From Gemmatimonadota bacterium (GTDB lineage Bacteria; Gemmatimonadota; Gemmatimonadetes; Longimicrobiales; Gaopeijiaceae), in the NCBI GenBank assembly GCA_039589315.1, contig JBDHHQ010000017.1, positions 55,618-119,617 of the forward strand: a stretch of DNA of 64,000 bases, in the 5' to 3' direction. The translations under genes and the position numbers were made by a program. The notes beneath the pieces were generated by a model. It had not been told where the DNA came from. It worked only from the letters and a program-made list of their open reading frames with translations, and did not search any database. This document shows positions 28,862 to 36,882 of the stretch, one piece after another. Position 1 is the stretch's first letter, and each line of letters begins with the position of its first letter.

Positions 28862-29737
28862 ATGGGGCCCGACGAGGGAATCCGCCGAGCGAAGCCCGGA
28901 CATGGGGATATTGACGCGTGGGGTCTCACGCATCCCGGTCTGATTCGTCCGGTCAACGAGGATCACTACTTCCTCGGCTCACTGTCACGGGGCGTCCTGG
29001 TCGATGGCACGAGCCTCGGGGAGGACGTCGAGGCGGTGACGGAGTCAGAGCGCCTAGCCTCCTTCGTGATCGTAGCCGACGGAGTAGGGGGCAGTCGGGG
29101 CGGCGAAGAGGCCAGCCGGGCCGCCGTCAAGGCACTGCTTCGGGAAGTAGCGGTCAGCTTTCACGACACACAGCACGCGGAGGCGACGGACCCGGACGCG
29201 TTTTCCCGACTCCTGCAGGACGCGGCGCTCGCCTGCCACGAGAGCCTGGTGAAGCGGGCGGCGCGGGCGTCGGAACGGGGGCGGTACGCGACCACGCTCA
29301 CGCTGTTCCTGGGACTCTGGCCCCACGCGTACCTGCTACAGGTGGGCGACAGTCGGTGCTACGTCTTCCACGACGACGAGCTGACGCAGATCACGCGGGA
29401 CCAGACATGGGCGGAGGAGTTGGCGGATCAAGGGGTGCTGTCGCGGACAAAGGCCCATAGCACTCAATGGGCAAACGTGTTGTCGAGCGCGATCGGGGGC
29501 CAGCAGGCAGCGCCGGTGGTCACGAGAATCGTTCGGGACTGGGGAACGGTCGTGCTGCTATGCAGCGACGGCCTCACGAAGCACGTTCCCGACGAGCGGA
29601 TCCGCGAGCGCCTGGCAACCATGACGAGCGCCCGTCAGGTGTGCGAGGATCTCCTGCAGGACGCCCTCGACGATGGGGGAACAGACAATATCACCATCGT
29701 CGTCGGACGCACGCTCCTGCCGGCGGACCGCGCCTGA
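28862..29737 (+). CDS. PP2C-family Ser/Thr protein phosphatase
   Basis: THPG..R..NED, VADGVGG, VGDSRCY, LCSDGL and GGTDNIT motifs. Confidence 0.92.
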   Translation: MGPDEGIRRAKPGHGDIDAWGLTHPGLIRPVNEDHYFLGSLSRGVLVDGTSLGEDVEAVTESERLASFVIVADGVGGSRGGEEASRAAVKALLREVAVSFHDTQHAEATDPDAFSRLLQDAALACHESLVKRAARASERGRYATTLTLFLGLWPHAYLLQVGDSRCYVFHDDELTQITRDQTWAEELADQGVLSRTKAHSTQWANVLSSAIGGQQAAPVVTRIVRDWGTVVLLCSDGLTKHVPDERIRERLATMTSARQVCEDLLQDALDDGGTDNITIVVGRTLLPADRA

Positions 29738-29757
29738 GGCCGGAGCCCCTGAGACCT

Positions 29758-29839
29758 CTCGGTCGGATCGCCCGAGTGGCCTCGGTCGGATCGCTCGAAT
29801 GCCCTCAGTCGGATCGCCCGAGGTCGCTCAGTCGGATCC
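29758..29839. repeat. Tandem repeat, 23-bp period, about 3.5 copies
   Basis: CTC(G/A)GTCGGATC recurs at 29758, 29781, 29804 and 29827. Confidence 0.85.
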
Positions 29840-31024
29840 TCCCGCCGCCGCCCACGCCCGGGCCGGTGGATAGTTGTCGAAGAAGCTACCCACGGCCCGA
29901 GCCAGCGACTCCGCCGCCTCGGCCCGGAAGGAGCTGTCGGACAGGAGCGACTCGTCGGCCTGGTTGGACACGAATCCCACGGCTACCAAGACGGACGGCA
30001 TCAGAGCGTTGCCGAGAACCGCCAGCGGCGCCTGTGCCACGCCCCGGTTTGGCCCCGAGTGGGCGGTGGCCAGCTCGCTCTGCACCATTTCGGCGAGTCG
30101 GGCGGACCAATGGTCCTGGTTCGGATTCGGGAACCGGTTCATGACCGACGAAACGTCTCGGTCCGGCGAGCTGTCGTCGTCCTCGTGCTCCACGGCAGGC
30201 GCGTTTTCGATCTCCGCCACCCGGCGCGCGCGCGCCGTCTCCGCCTCCGCGAGGAAATACGACTCGAAGCCCCGCATTGTGGGTGAGTCGGGGTTCGAGA
30301 TGGCATGCAGCGAGATGAAGACGCCCGGTCGCTGGCCCTTGAGGGCCGTAGCGAAGCTGCCTCGGTCCTCCAGGGGTACGTAGACGTCGCCGTGCCGGGT
30401 CAGGTGGACCTCGTAGCCGGGGTCAGCCGACAACGCATCCGCGAGCGCGATGGCCATTGAGAGCGTCAGGTCCTTCTCGAGCGTGCCGCCCGCTCCAGCC
30501 ACTCCCGGGTCTCCGCCGCCGTGCCCCGGGTCGATCACCACCAGTCGCTTCTGTGGATCCGGCGCTTCGAACAGCCTCACCGTCCTCAGGTCGCTCTCCA
30601 CCGGCCACCCACCCAGCTCGAAGACGAGCTGCAGCGGCACGAACAGGACCTCGTCCTTCATGTAGGGCGCGTTGCTCAGCTCGATGACACCGGTGTTGGC
30701 TTGCACCGTCCTCGTCCCGGCCCGCACGCTGACCCGGCTTCCGTCCGGGCGTTGCGCCACGGCCGAGTCGCCCTCCTGCGTCAGCGACCAGCCCCACGCG
30801 TCGAGTGCTCCTACCCAGGCAGCGGGAAAGCCCCGCCTCCGTTCGACCAGCACCGTTCGGATCTTGCTGGCATCAACGGCGCCGTCGCGAGAATGAGCGA
30901 CTTGGCCGGCGGCGCCGCCGGCCGGCAGGACAACGGGCGCGAGCACGGCGCAGAGCGGTATGACAACGAGTTGCCTGACGAGCTGGTGAGCCATGGGGGA
31001 CGGCGGCCGGCTGAGCGTGAACAT
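29828..31024 (-). CDS. N-acetylmuramoyl-L-alanine amidase (Amidase_3) homologue, catalytic Glu replaced by Ala
   Basis: VIDPGHGGGDPG, EKDLTL, LTR..D.YVPL..R and FISLHA motifs; PSVLVAVGF where the family has PSVLVE.GF. Start is 31024 or 30994. Confidence 0.85.
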   Translation of the reverse strand: MFTLSRPPSPMAHQLVRQLVVIPLCAVLAPVVLPAGGAAGQVAHSRDGAVDASKIRTVLVERRRGFPAAWVGALDAWGWSLTQEGDSAVAQRPDGSRVSVRAGTRTVQANTGVIELSNAPYMKDEVLFVPLQLVFELGGWPVESDLRTVRLFEAPDPQKRLVVIDPGHGGGDPGVAGAGGTLEKDLTLSMAIALADALSADPGYEVHLTRHGDVYVPLEDRGSFATALKGQRPGVFISLHAISNPDSPTMRGFESYFLAEAETARARRVAEIENAPAVEHEDDDSSPDRDVSSVMNRFPNPNQDHWSARLAEMVQSELATAHSGPNRGVAQAPLAVLGNALMPSVLVAVGFVSNQADESLLSDSSFRAEAAESLARAVGSFFDNYPPARAWAAAGGSD

Positions 31025-31474
31025 CTTCTTCCCTCGGTAGGCGGTCGGGAAGGAGCCCTGTCTCATAGTTGTCGGCAGCCGACCATGCGGGGCAAAGGGG
31101 GAGTCCGCCTCAGGCGTATCGGTGAAACGCAAGGCGGTTTCCGCGCCGCGCGCCGCTCGGGTGAGCACCACCATCGACGTCCCATGGTCCACGATGTCTT
31201 GCAGCGAGTCCGTGATCTGGGCGACCAGGGGCTTCGGTGGGTCGTCGATGGACCGGCCAGGGGCTCCCCATTGGACCAGAGGGAAGAGCCTGTGGAGCCG
31301 TATCTACGAGCGGGTTGCCACCGCCCTCAGTGAGGCGTGGCCATGGTCTCAGGGAGGGTATGGCGTTCCCGGGCTACCGCGCGGCGCGGGCAGGGACCTG
31401 TACCGACCCAAGCGGCGGTGAACCCCGCGGAGCGATCGAACTTCTCACGGCACTGCCAGCCTGGGAGCCTGGCA

Positions 31475-33505
31475 TCAGCGCGAGTTCCCTCGCTGCCGGG
31501 CCTCGGTGAGGAGCTTCTTCGCCTGTTCCGCATACGGATGCGACGGAAAGCGGAGCAAGAACTCGTTCCAGCGCGCGATGGCCCGCCTATGGTCGCCTGC
31601 CTCGTAGTGTGCCGTGGCCAAGCCGTACAGAGCTGTGCCTTCCCCCGGATGGGCCGACAGGATTTCCTGGAACGCCTTGACGGCCGCTGCGGGACGCTCG
31701 GCTTCGAGGAGGAAGTAACCCCGGTTTAGCTGCGACGTGAGATGGCTGGGGTTCAAGGCCACGGCGCGCTCGATGCTGGCGACAGCATCGGGGAGTAGCC
31801 CCTGATGACGGTACTGCAATGCCAGGTTGAAGTGCAGGCGAGGATCCTCGCCATGCTCGCCAACGGCTGCCTCCATCTGCGCCAGGGTCCCGTCACGCTC
31901 GAAGTAGACGAAGACGGACTCCGGAGAGATCTGGGCGACCCGAGGTACGTAGTTCCGTCGGAAACCCGTGCGAGCCACGAGGCTCGGCAGAGCCGGTCCG
32001 ACCGCGGCGCGAACGAGCACGTCGAACACGAGTTGGGTTCGAAGGTCTTTGACCACAACGGCATCCGCAAGGTTCTGGGCGGTGAACTCCAGCGCGACGA
32101 GATCCGGTTCTCGCGCGAGGATGTAGTCGGGATCGTACTTCCCGTGACCGGGCACGCCGGTCCGACTGCTGATGTCGAATCTCCTGCCAGTCGGCGTAAC
32201 GATGGTCGGTTCGGGCGGATCCACGCGGGCGATGTGGGCGTCCGCGATGCCAAGCATGTCGATGGCTCGGAATCCGGAGAAGTAGGGGACTCGCCCGAGC
32301 CATGTGACCGCGATCACGGTCGACTCGGGGTATGAGTCTTTCAGCCAGCGTCCAAGATCCTCCAGAGCACCGTTGCTGGATTCCCACGTCGCCGCGTCGA
32401 ATCGGTCGCTGGCCATCGGCCACAGCTTCGCGGGCACCAGGATTGAGAGCGCCACCGCAAGGGTCAGGGGCAACTCGAGCGCGGGGCGGCCTGGCCGGTT
32501 ACGGCTCAGTCGCGTGCCCAGGCACTTGGCCCCTGCCAGGACCAGGAGTATCAGCCATGGCAGGTAGGGCACGCAAAAGCGCCAAAGCTCGTAGAAGTCA
32601 CCACCCACCGTGGCTACGTAGCCGAAAGCTGCGAATAATGTGCACAGAGGGAGTAGAACCGGGTATCGATTCCCCTTGCCGTCCCGGAACCACCAGAGGC
32701 CGATGAGCGCGAGCAGGGCCCAGGGTCCGTGGACCATGAAGAAGTCACCCACGTAGGCGAGGCCCGCGGCGAGCGTCCCGGCGCCGGGGTCGACCTTGGC
32801 GTAGTAGGTATTGGGCAAGGGTAGCCCGTAGTAGTGGAGTCGGAACGCCAAATGGGGGATGGTCAGCATGGCGAATCCCAGCACCATGAACCCCAGGACG
32901 CGCGCACGCCCTTTGACCAGGAACGCGGCCAGTACCCAGAACACGGCGAACAACGCAGCAGCCTCGGGCCGGGTCAGCGCCGCGAGGCCGGCGACGATCC
33001 CGGACAGCGGCAGCTTCGCGTCGTAACGCAGATCACGTATCGCGAGGGAGATCCCGAGTGTGAACAGCGTGGTGTAGGCAACCGTCTCGAGCCCGGACCC
33101 CGCCCAACGGGCGACGGCCGCATTCCCCGCCATCAACGCGCACGGGATGAGCGCCAGCCATCGATCGAAGCCCAGCAGACGGTGTCCGCTTAGGTACAAG
33201 ACCGGGAGCAGCGCCAATCCGAAGGCGGTCCCGAGAACCTGGGAAGCGAACGCCGTATCGGCCCCCACGGCGTGCATGGCAGAAAGCAGCAGGGTCCAGA
33301 GGAAGTTGGTGTAGCCTTCTACTCGTTCGCCGATGTTGAACACCAGGCCGTGCCCGGCGACGAAGTTCTCGGCGTATCGGTAAGAGATGAACGAGTCATC
33401 GACGATGGCCCAGTAGCTCAACGCATGTAGGACGTACGCCCCCCCGATCAGGGACAGCGCGAGCCACGGGGCGTGGTGTGGCTTCACCGGCGATGGATCG
33501 CCCAT
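31475..33505 (-). CDS. Multi-pass membrane glycosyltransferase (GT-C-like) with C-terminal TPR repeats
   Basis: DDSFISYRYAEN...GLVFN.GERVEGYTNFLW, GLET, LTRPE, PNTYYAK, GHGK motifs; about 3-4 TPRs at the C-terminus. Confidence 0.82.
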   Translation of the reverse strand: MGDPSPVKPHHAPWLALSLIGGAYVLHALSYWAIVDDSFISYRYAENFVAGHGLVFNIGERVEGYTNFLWTLLLSAMHAVGADTAFASQVLGTAFGLALLPVLYLSGHRLLGFDRWLALIPCALMAGNAAVARWAGSGLETVAYTTLFTLGISLAIRDLRYDAKLPLSGIVAGLAALTRPEAAALFAVFWVLAAFLVKGRARVLGFMVLGFAMLTIPHLAFRLHYYGLPLPNTYYAKVDPGAGTLAAGLAYVGDFFMVHGPWALLALIGLWWFRDGKGNRYPVLLPLCTLFAAFGYVATVGGDFYELWRFCVPYLPWLILLVLAGAKCLGTRLSRNRPGRPALELPLTLAVALSILVPAKLWPMASDRFDAATWESSNGALEDLGRWLKDSYPESTVIAVTWLGRVPYFSGFRAIDMLGIADAHIARVDPPEPTIVTPTGRRFDISSRTGVPGHGKYDPDYILAREPDLVALEFTAQNLADAVVVKDLRTQLVFDVLVRAAVGPALPSLVARTGFRRNYVPRVAQISPESVFVYFERDGTLAQMEAAVGEHGEDPRLHFNLALQYRHQGLLPDAVASIERAVALNPSHLTSQLNRGYFLLEAERPAAAVKAFQEILSAHPGEGTALYGLATAHYEAGDHRRAIARWNEFLLRFPSHPYAEQAKKLLTEARQRGNSR

Positions 33506-33657
33506 GTCTCTCGCGGGGGCGTGAACCGCATCATGCCTATGGATGGAGGACTCGGCTCTCCTCCGACGATCGTCATTGAGGCCGGTGGTCATCCAGTCAT
33601 AGGGAAAGGAAGAAGGGTTGCGGGGCCAAGTGATCGGGCCGGAAGCGGCCTGGGGAT

Positions 33658-34077
33658 CTAGGTGGATCCTCCGAAGATCTCCCGCGCCACGTCGGGGTCG
33701 ATGTCGAATCCCTCACGAAGCTGCTCGAGGAGCCGGAGCTCGGCGGGGTCGACTCCGTCGGCGCGGGCCAGGTCGGCGGCCATCTTCAGTGCCTCGACCC
33801 GTAGCGTGGGGGTGAGGGCACCGGCCACCGCCTGGGTCAAGCTCGAGACGCCCGCGTCCGCGATGCGCACGCCGTCGGTGGGGTAGGCGCGGCAGACCTC
33901 GTCCGTGGTGTCACGCAGGAGCTGCTCGAAGTGGTCCCGGTCCATGCCCGCGAAGGGGCCCAGGCCGGACATGGTGTCGAGAATGAAGCGATGCTCCTCG
34001 AAGGTGCCCACCCGATCGGCGCCCATCATGAGCACGGCTACGGCGGTGAAGGCGGTGGCGGGGTCGTCGATGGTCAT
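33658..34077 (-). CDS. TerB-like (tellurite resistance B fold) protein
   Basis: A.AVLMMGAD.V...EE and LARADG....E..LL..L motifs. Confidence 0.72.
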   Translation of the reverse strand: MTIDDPATAFTAVAVLMMGADRVGTFEEHRFILDTMSGLGPFAGMDRDHFEQLLRDTTDEVCRAYPTDGVRIADAGVSSLTQAVAGALTPTLRVEALKMAADLARADGVDPAELRLLEQLREGFDIDPDVAREIFGGST

Positions 34078-34164
34078 CCTGGTGCGATCTCCTTGAGTTC
34101 GTTCGCGTAACTGACGTACAAGAGTAGCATGGTGGCCCGGAACGCACACGAGGCAGCGTGCCCC

Positions 34165-35700
34165 CTACATCCTGCCGAGGGGCCTCCACCGCTGGCGCTG
34201 CAGGACGACCCCGGCACCCGCCCTACCCGCCACCGCACCTTCGCGCAGCAGGACCTGGCCACGGCGGATGGTGTTCCGCGGCCAGCCGGTCACTTCGATC
34301 CCGTCGAAGACCGAGAAGCCGGCTCCGGAGACGGCGTCGGCCGAGCGGACCGCGCGGCGCTCGTCGGGATCGAAGAGCACCAGGTCCGCGTCGGAGCCTT
34401 CAGCGACCACCCCCTTTCTCGGGTGGATGCCGAACAGTCGTGCCGCGTTGGTGGAGGTCACGGCCACGAACTCCTCGGGCCGGATCCTCCCCGGTCGAAC
34501 GCCCTCGGAGTACAGCATGGGCAGCATGACCTGGAGGTTGCTGGCGCCGGGGCGCAGGCTTCCGATGTCGAGCGTCGGATCCAGCTTCTGCTCACGGGTC
34601 CAGGGCACGTGGTCCGTGCCCACCGTGTGAATGGAGCCCCGCGCCAGACCGCGCCACAGCGCATGCTGATCCGCGGCGGTCCTCAATGGCGGCTGGCTCA
34701 CGAACAGGGGGCCTTCCGGCCCCGCGAGCCGGTCTTCCGTCAGGTGGAGGAAGAACGGGCGGGTCTCTGCGAAGATGGGTAATCCCTGCTCCTGTCCGCG
34801 CTCGAGGGCCTTCAGCGCCCGCTCGGACGACACGTGCACGAGGTAGAGTGGCGAGCCGGTGGCCTCACACATGGCCGCGGCCCGTTCGGTAGCGATCTCC
34901 TCGGCAAGCACGGGCCGGCTCGCGGCGAAGTGCTCTACGGTCGTCCGCCCCTCCGCTTTCAGCCGCTCCCGAGCCAGAGCCAGGATGGAGGCGTCTTCGC
35001 AGTGCACCATCGTCAGTACTCCGGCTTGGCCGGCGGCGGCGATGAGTCGCAGGAACTCAGGTGCCTCACGATCGAAGCCCGCGCGGCTCATGAAGACCTT
35101 GATGGACGTATGGCCCGCTGCCGCCAGCGCTTCCACCTGGGCAATGGTGTCGTCGCGCACACTCTGGACGACGGGGTGGAGCATCAGGTCCACCACGGTC
35201 TCGCGGGCCGCCTGGGCACTCATGCGGTCGACCAGGACCTGGGGGCCCTCGCCCTCCTCGGGGAACAGCATGACCCCGAACGTGGTGATGCCACCGGCCA
35301 GGGCGGCCCGAGAGGCCGATGTGAAGTCGTCGGCGAGCGGGGGACCGAGGTGGACGTGGGGGTCGATGCCTCCCGGCATCACGAGCAGCCCCTCGGCGTC
35401 GATCACCTCGGCTCCAGCCGGGTCGAGATCCGGCCCGAGCTCGGTGATGACCTGACCTTGCACCCTGACGTCGGCGTCCTGTTGGCCGTCCGCGTTCACG
35501 ATACGGCCGTTCCGCACCAGGAGGTGGGGCTCCTGCCGGGTCTTCGGCACGTCTGTGGCGGCAGACGCACCCCGCCGCGGAGCGTCCGCCGGCCAACGCT
35601 CCGTGCGGGCCCGGCCCGATACGTCGTCCGTACCGAGCCACAACGCCCCGCCGCCCAGGGCCAAGGCCCTCAGCCACTCTCGCCGGTCCAGGGGTGTCAT
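34165..35700 (-). CDS. Dihydropyrimidinase / hydantoinase-family amidohydrolase with a Tat signal
   Basis: DRREWL Tat motif; PGGIDPHVH, SIKVFM (carboxy-Lys), VHCED, VHVS, PPLR and GTDH motifs. Confidence 0.88.
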   Translation of the reverse strand: MTPLDRREWLRALALGGGALWLGTDDVSGRARTERWPADAPRRGASAATDVPKTRQEPHLLVRNGRIVNADGQQDADVRVQGQVITELGPDLDPAGAEVIDAEGLLVMPGGIDPHVHLGPPLADDFTSASRAALAGGITTFGVMLFPEEGEGPQVLVDRMSAQAARETVVDLMLHPVVQSVRDDTIAQVEALAAAGHTSIKVFMSRAGFDREAPEFLRLIAAAGQAGVLTMVHCEDASILALARERLKAEGRTTVEHFAASRPVLAEEIATERAAAMCEATGSPLYLVHVSSERALKALERGQEQGLPIFAETRPFFLHLTEDRLAGPEGPLFVSQPPLRTAADQHALWRGLARGSIHTVGTDHVPWTREQKLDPTLDIGSLRPGASNLQVMLPMLYSEGVRPGRIRPEEFVAVTSTNAARLFGIHPRKGVVAEGSDADLVLFDPDERRAVRSADAVSGAGFSVFDGIEVTGWPRNTIRRGQVLLREGAVAGRAGAGVVLQRQRWRPLGRM

Positions 35701-35981
35701 CGGTCGAGGGTCGTCTCGGGCTGATCCGGGAGGTCTCGGGTGGCCTTCTCCAAATCGCGCCCCAAGAAGCAGGTGTGGTGCAGCGTGCCGGGATCGCCGA
35801 CTCCCATTGTCGCCTCCACGATTGAGGGTGGGGAGCCGGGAGATTCCCCGATTGCCTCTGGCCAGGATAGGAGCCGTCCGCGGCGGGAGCAACCGGACGC
35901 CGCCGTAGCCCAGGTCACCCATACGCGGGGCCGGAGGGCGATCCGGGCAAGCCGGACCTTCTGGTGTGGTGCAGCACCACA

Positions 35982-36869
35982 CTAGTTGAAGCTGACGGTC
36001 CCCACCCAGGGTGGACGCCACGGCGGACCGCCGTCCACCTCGAAGTCTCGTGCCACGGGCGCGAACTGGTCCGCAAGGAACCGGTATTCCCGCACGAGGC
36101 CTCGCAGGAACACCCGGTTCCTGATCTCCGAGACGGCCAGACTATCGGAGACGGTTAACGTCGCATTCTCCTGTACCCAGGCCTGTTCGTCGCCCGTGAA
36201 AAGGTCTACGAACACGCCCAGATCCGAGGCCAATCCGTCATGAAGCGCCGCGACGTCCTCAGCGTTCCTCGGGTCCGCCGCCTTGTGCAGTCGAAGCGCC
36301 GTGATCGCCCGAACGGACCCGAGGTATACGGCGATGTCGTGACTCGCCACTGCCGGCAGGGTCCCGTCGAAAGCGGTCAGGTGGTCGCGGGCGTCCCGCT
36401 CGTCCTCCTCGGTGAGGAAGGGGTTGGAGTCGAGGGCGTGGGTGTACGCCCACACGAGTCCGTGACCGTTGGCGCACAGCGCGCGGTCACGCTCGCTCGT
36501 GAGAACGTCACAGTCCATCGCATCCCAGAGCAGGGTGGCGTGGTTCTGCTGCTGGTAGGCCGTGAGCAGCATGGCCTGACGTACCCGCAGATGGTTCACG
36601 AGCACGGTCTGGTCGGGGTTCATCGCGATGATGCGCTCGAGCTTTTCGACCGGCTCCCTCCACTCGTCGCCCTGCTGGGACCTGGGCAGGTCCAGAGGCG
36701 GCTGGTCGACCAGAGCGGCGCTGTGCTCCGCCACCGTCGCCACCATGGCCGCGTTGGTGGTCTGGACGGCGTTCTCGACGTCCTTCTTCATGGCCAGGCA
36801 CGCGGAGCTCGCGAGAACCGGCAGGCAGAGCGCCGCGGCCAGGGCCCGGGTTCGAGAGTTCGTTCTCAT
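35982..36869 (-). CDS. Hypothetical helical protein, probable lipoprotein
   Basis: MRTNSRTRALAAALCLPVLASSAC lipobox-like leader; AGGAGG RBS; 13 bp after the upstream stop. Confidence 0.75.
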   Translation of the reverse strand: MRTNSRTRALAAALCLPVLASSACLAMKKDVENAVQTTNAAMVATVAEHSAALVDQPPLDLPRSQQGDEWREPVEKLERIIAMNPDQTVLVNHLRVRQAMLLTAYQQQNHATLLWDAMDCDVLTSERDRALCANGHGLVWAYTHALDSNPFLTEEDERDARDHLTAFDGTLPAVASHDIAVYLGSVRAITALRLHKAADPRNAEDVAALHDGLASDLGVFVDLFTGDEQAWVQENATLTVSDSLAVSEIRNRVFLRGLVREYRFLADQFAPVARDFEVDGGPPWRPPWVGTVSFN

Positions 36870-36882
36870 CGTGTTCCTCCTG

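Noticed and set aside
29758..29839. Possible mini-CRISPR array
   Set aside because: The period is only 23 bp, there are no unique spacers, and no cas genes are in the window.
31122..31421. Possible small gene between the amidase and the glycosyltransferase
   Set aside because: Several competing short ORFs, none with a recognisable motif or clear RBS.
33658..34077. TerB-like gene as part of a ter or defence operon
   Set aside because: It is solitary, with no other ter or defence genes adjacent.
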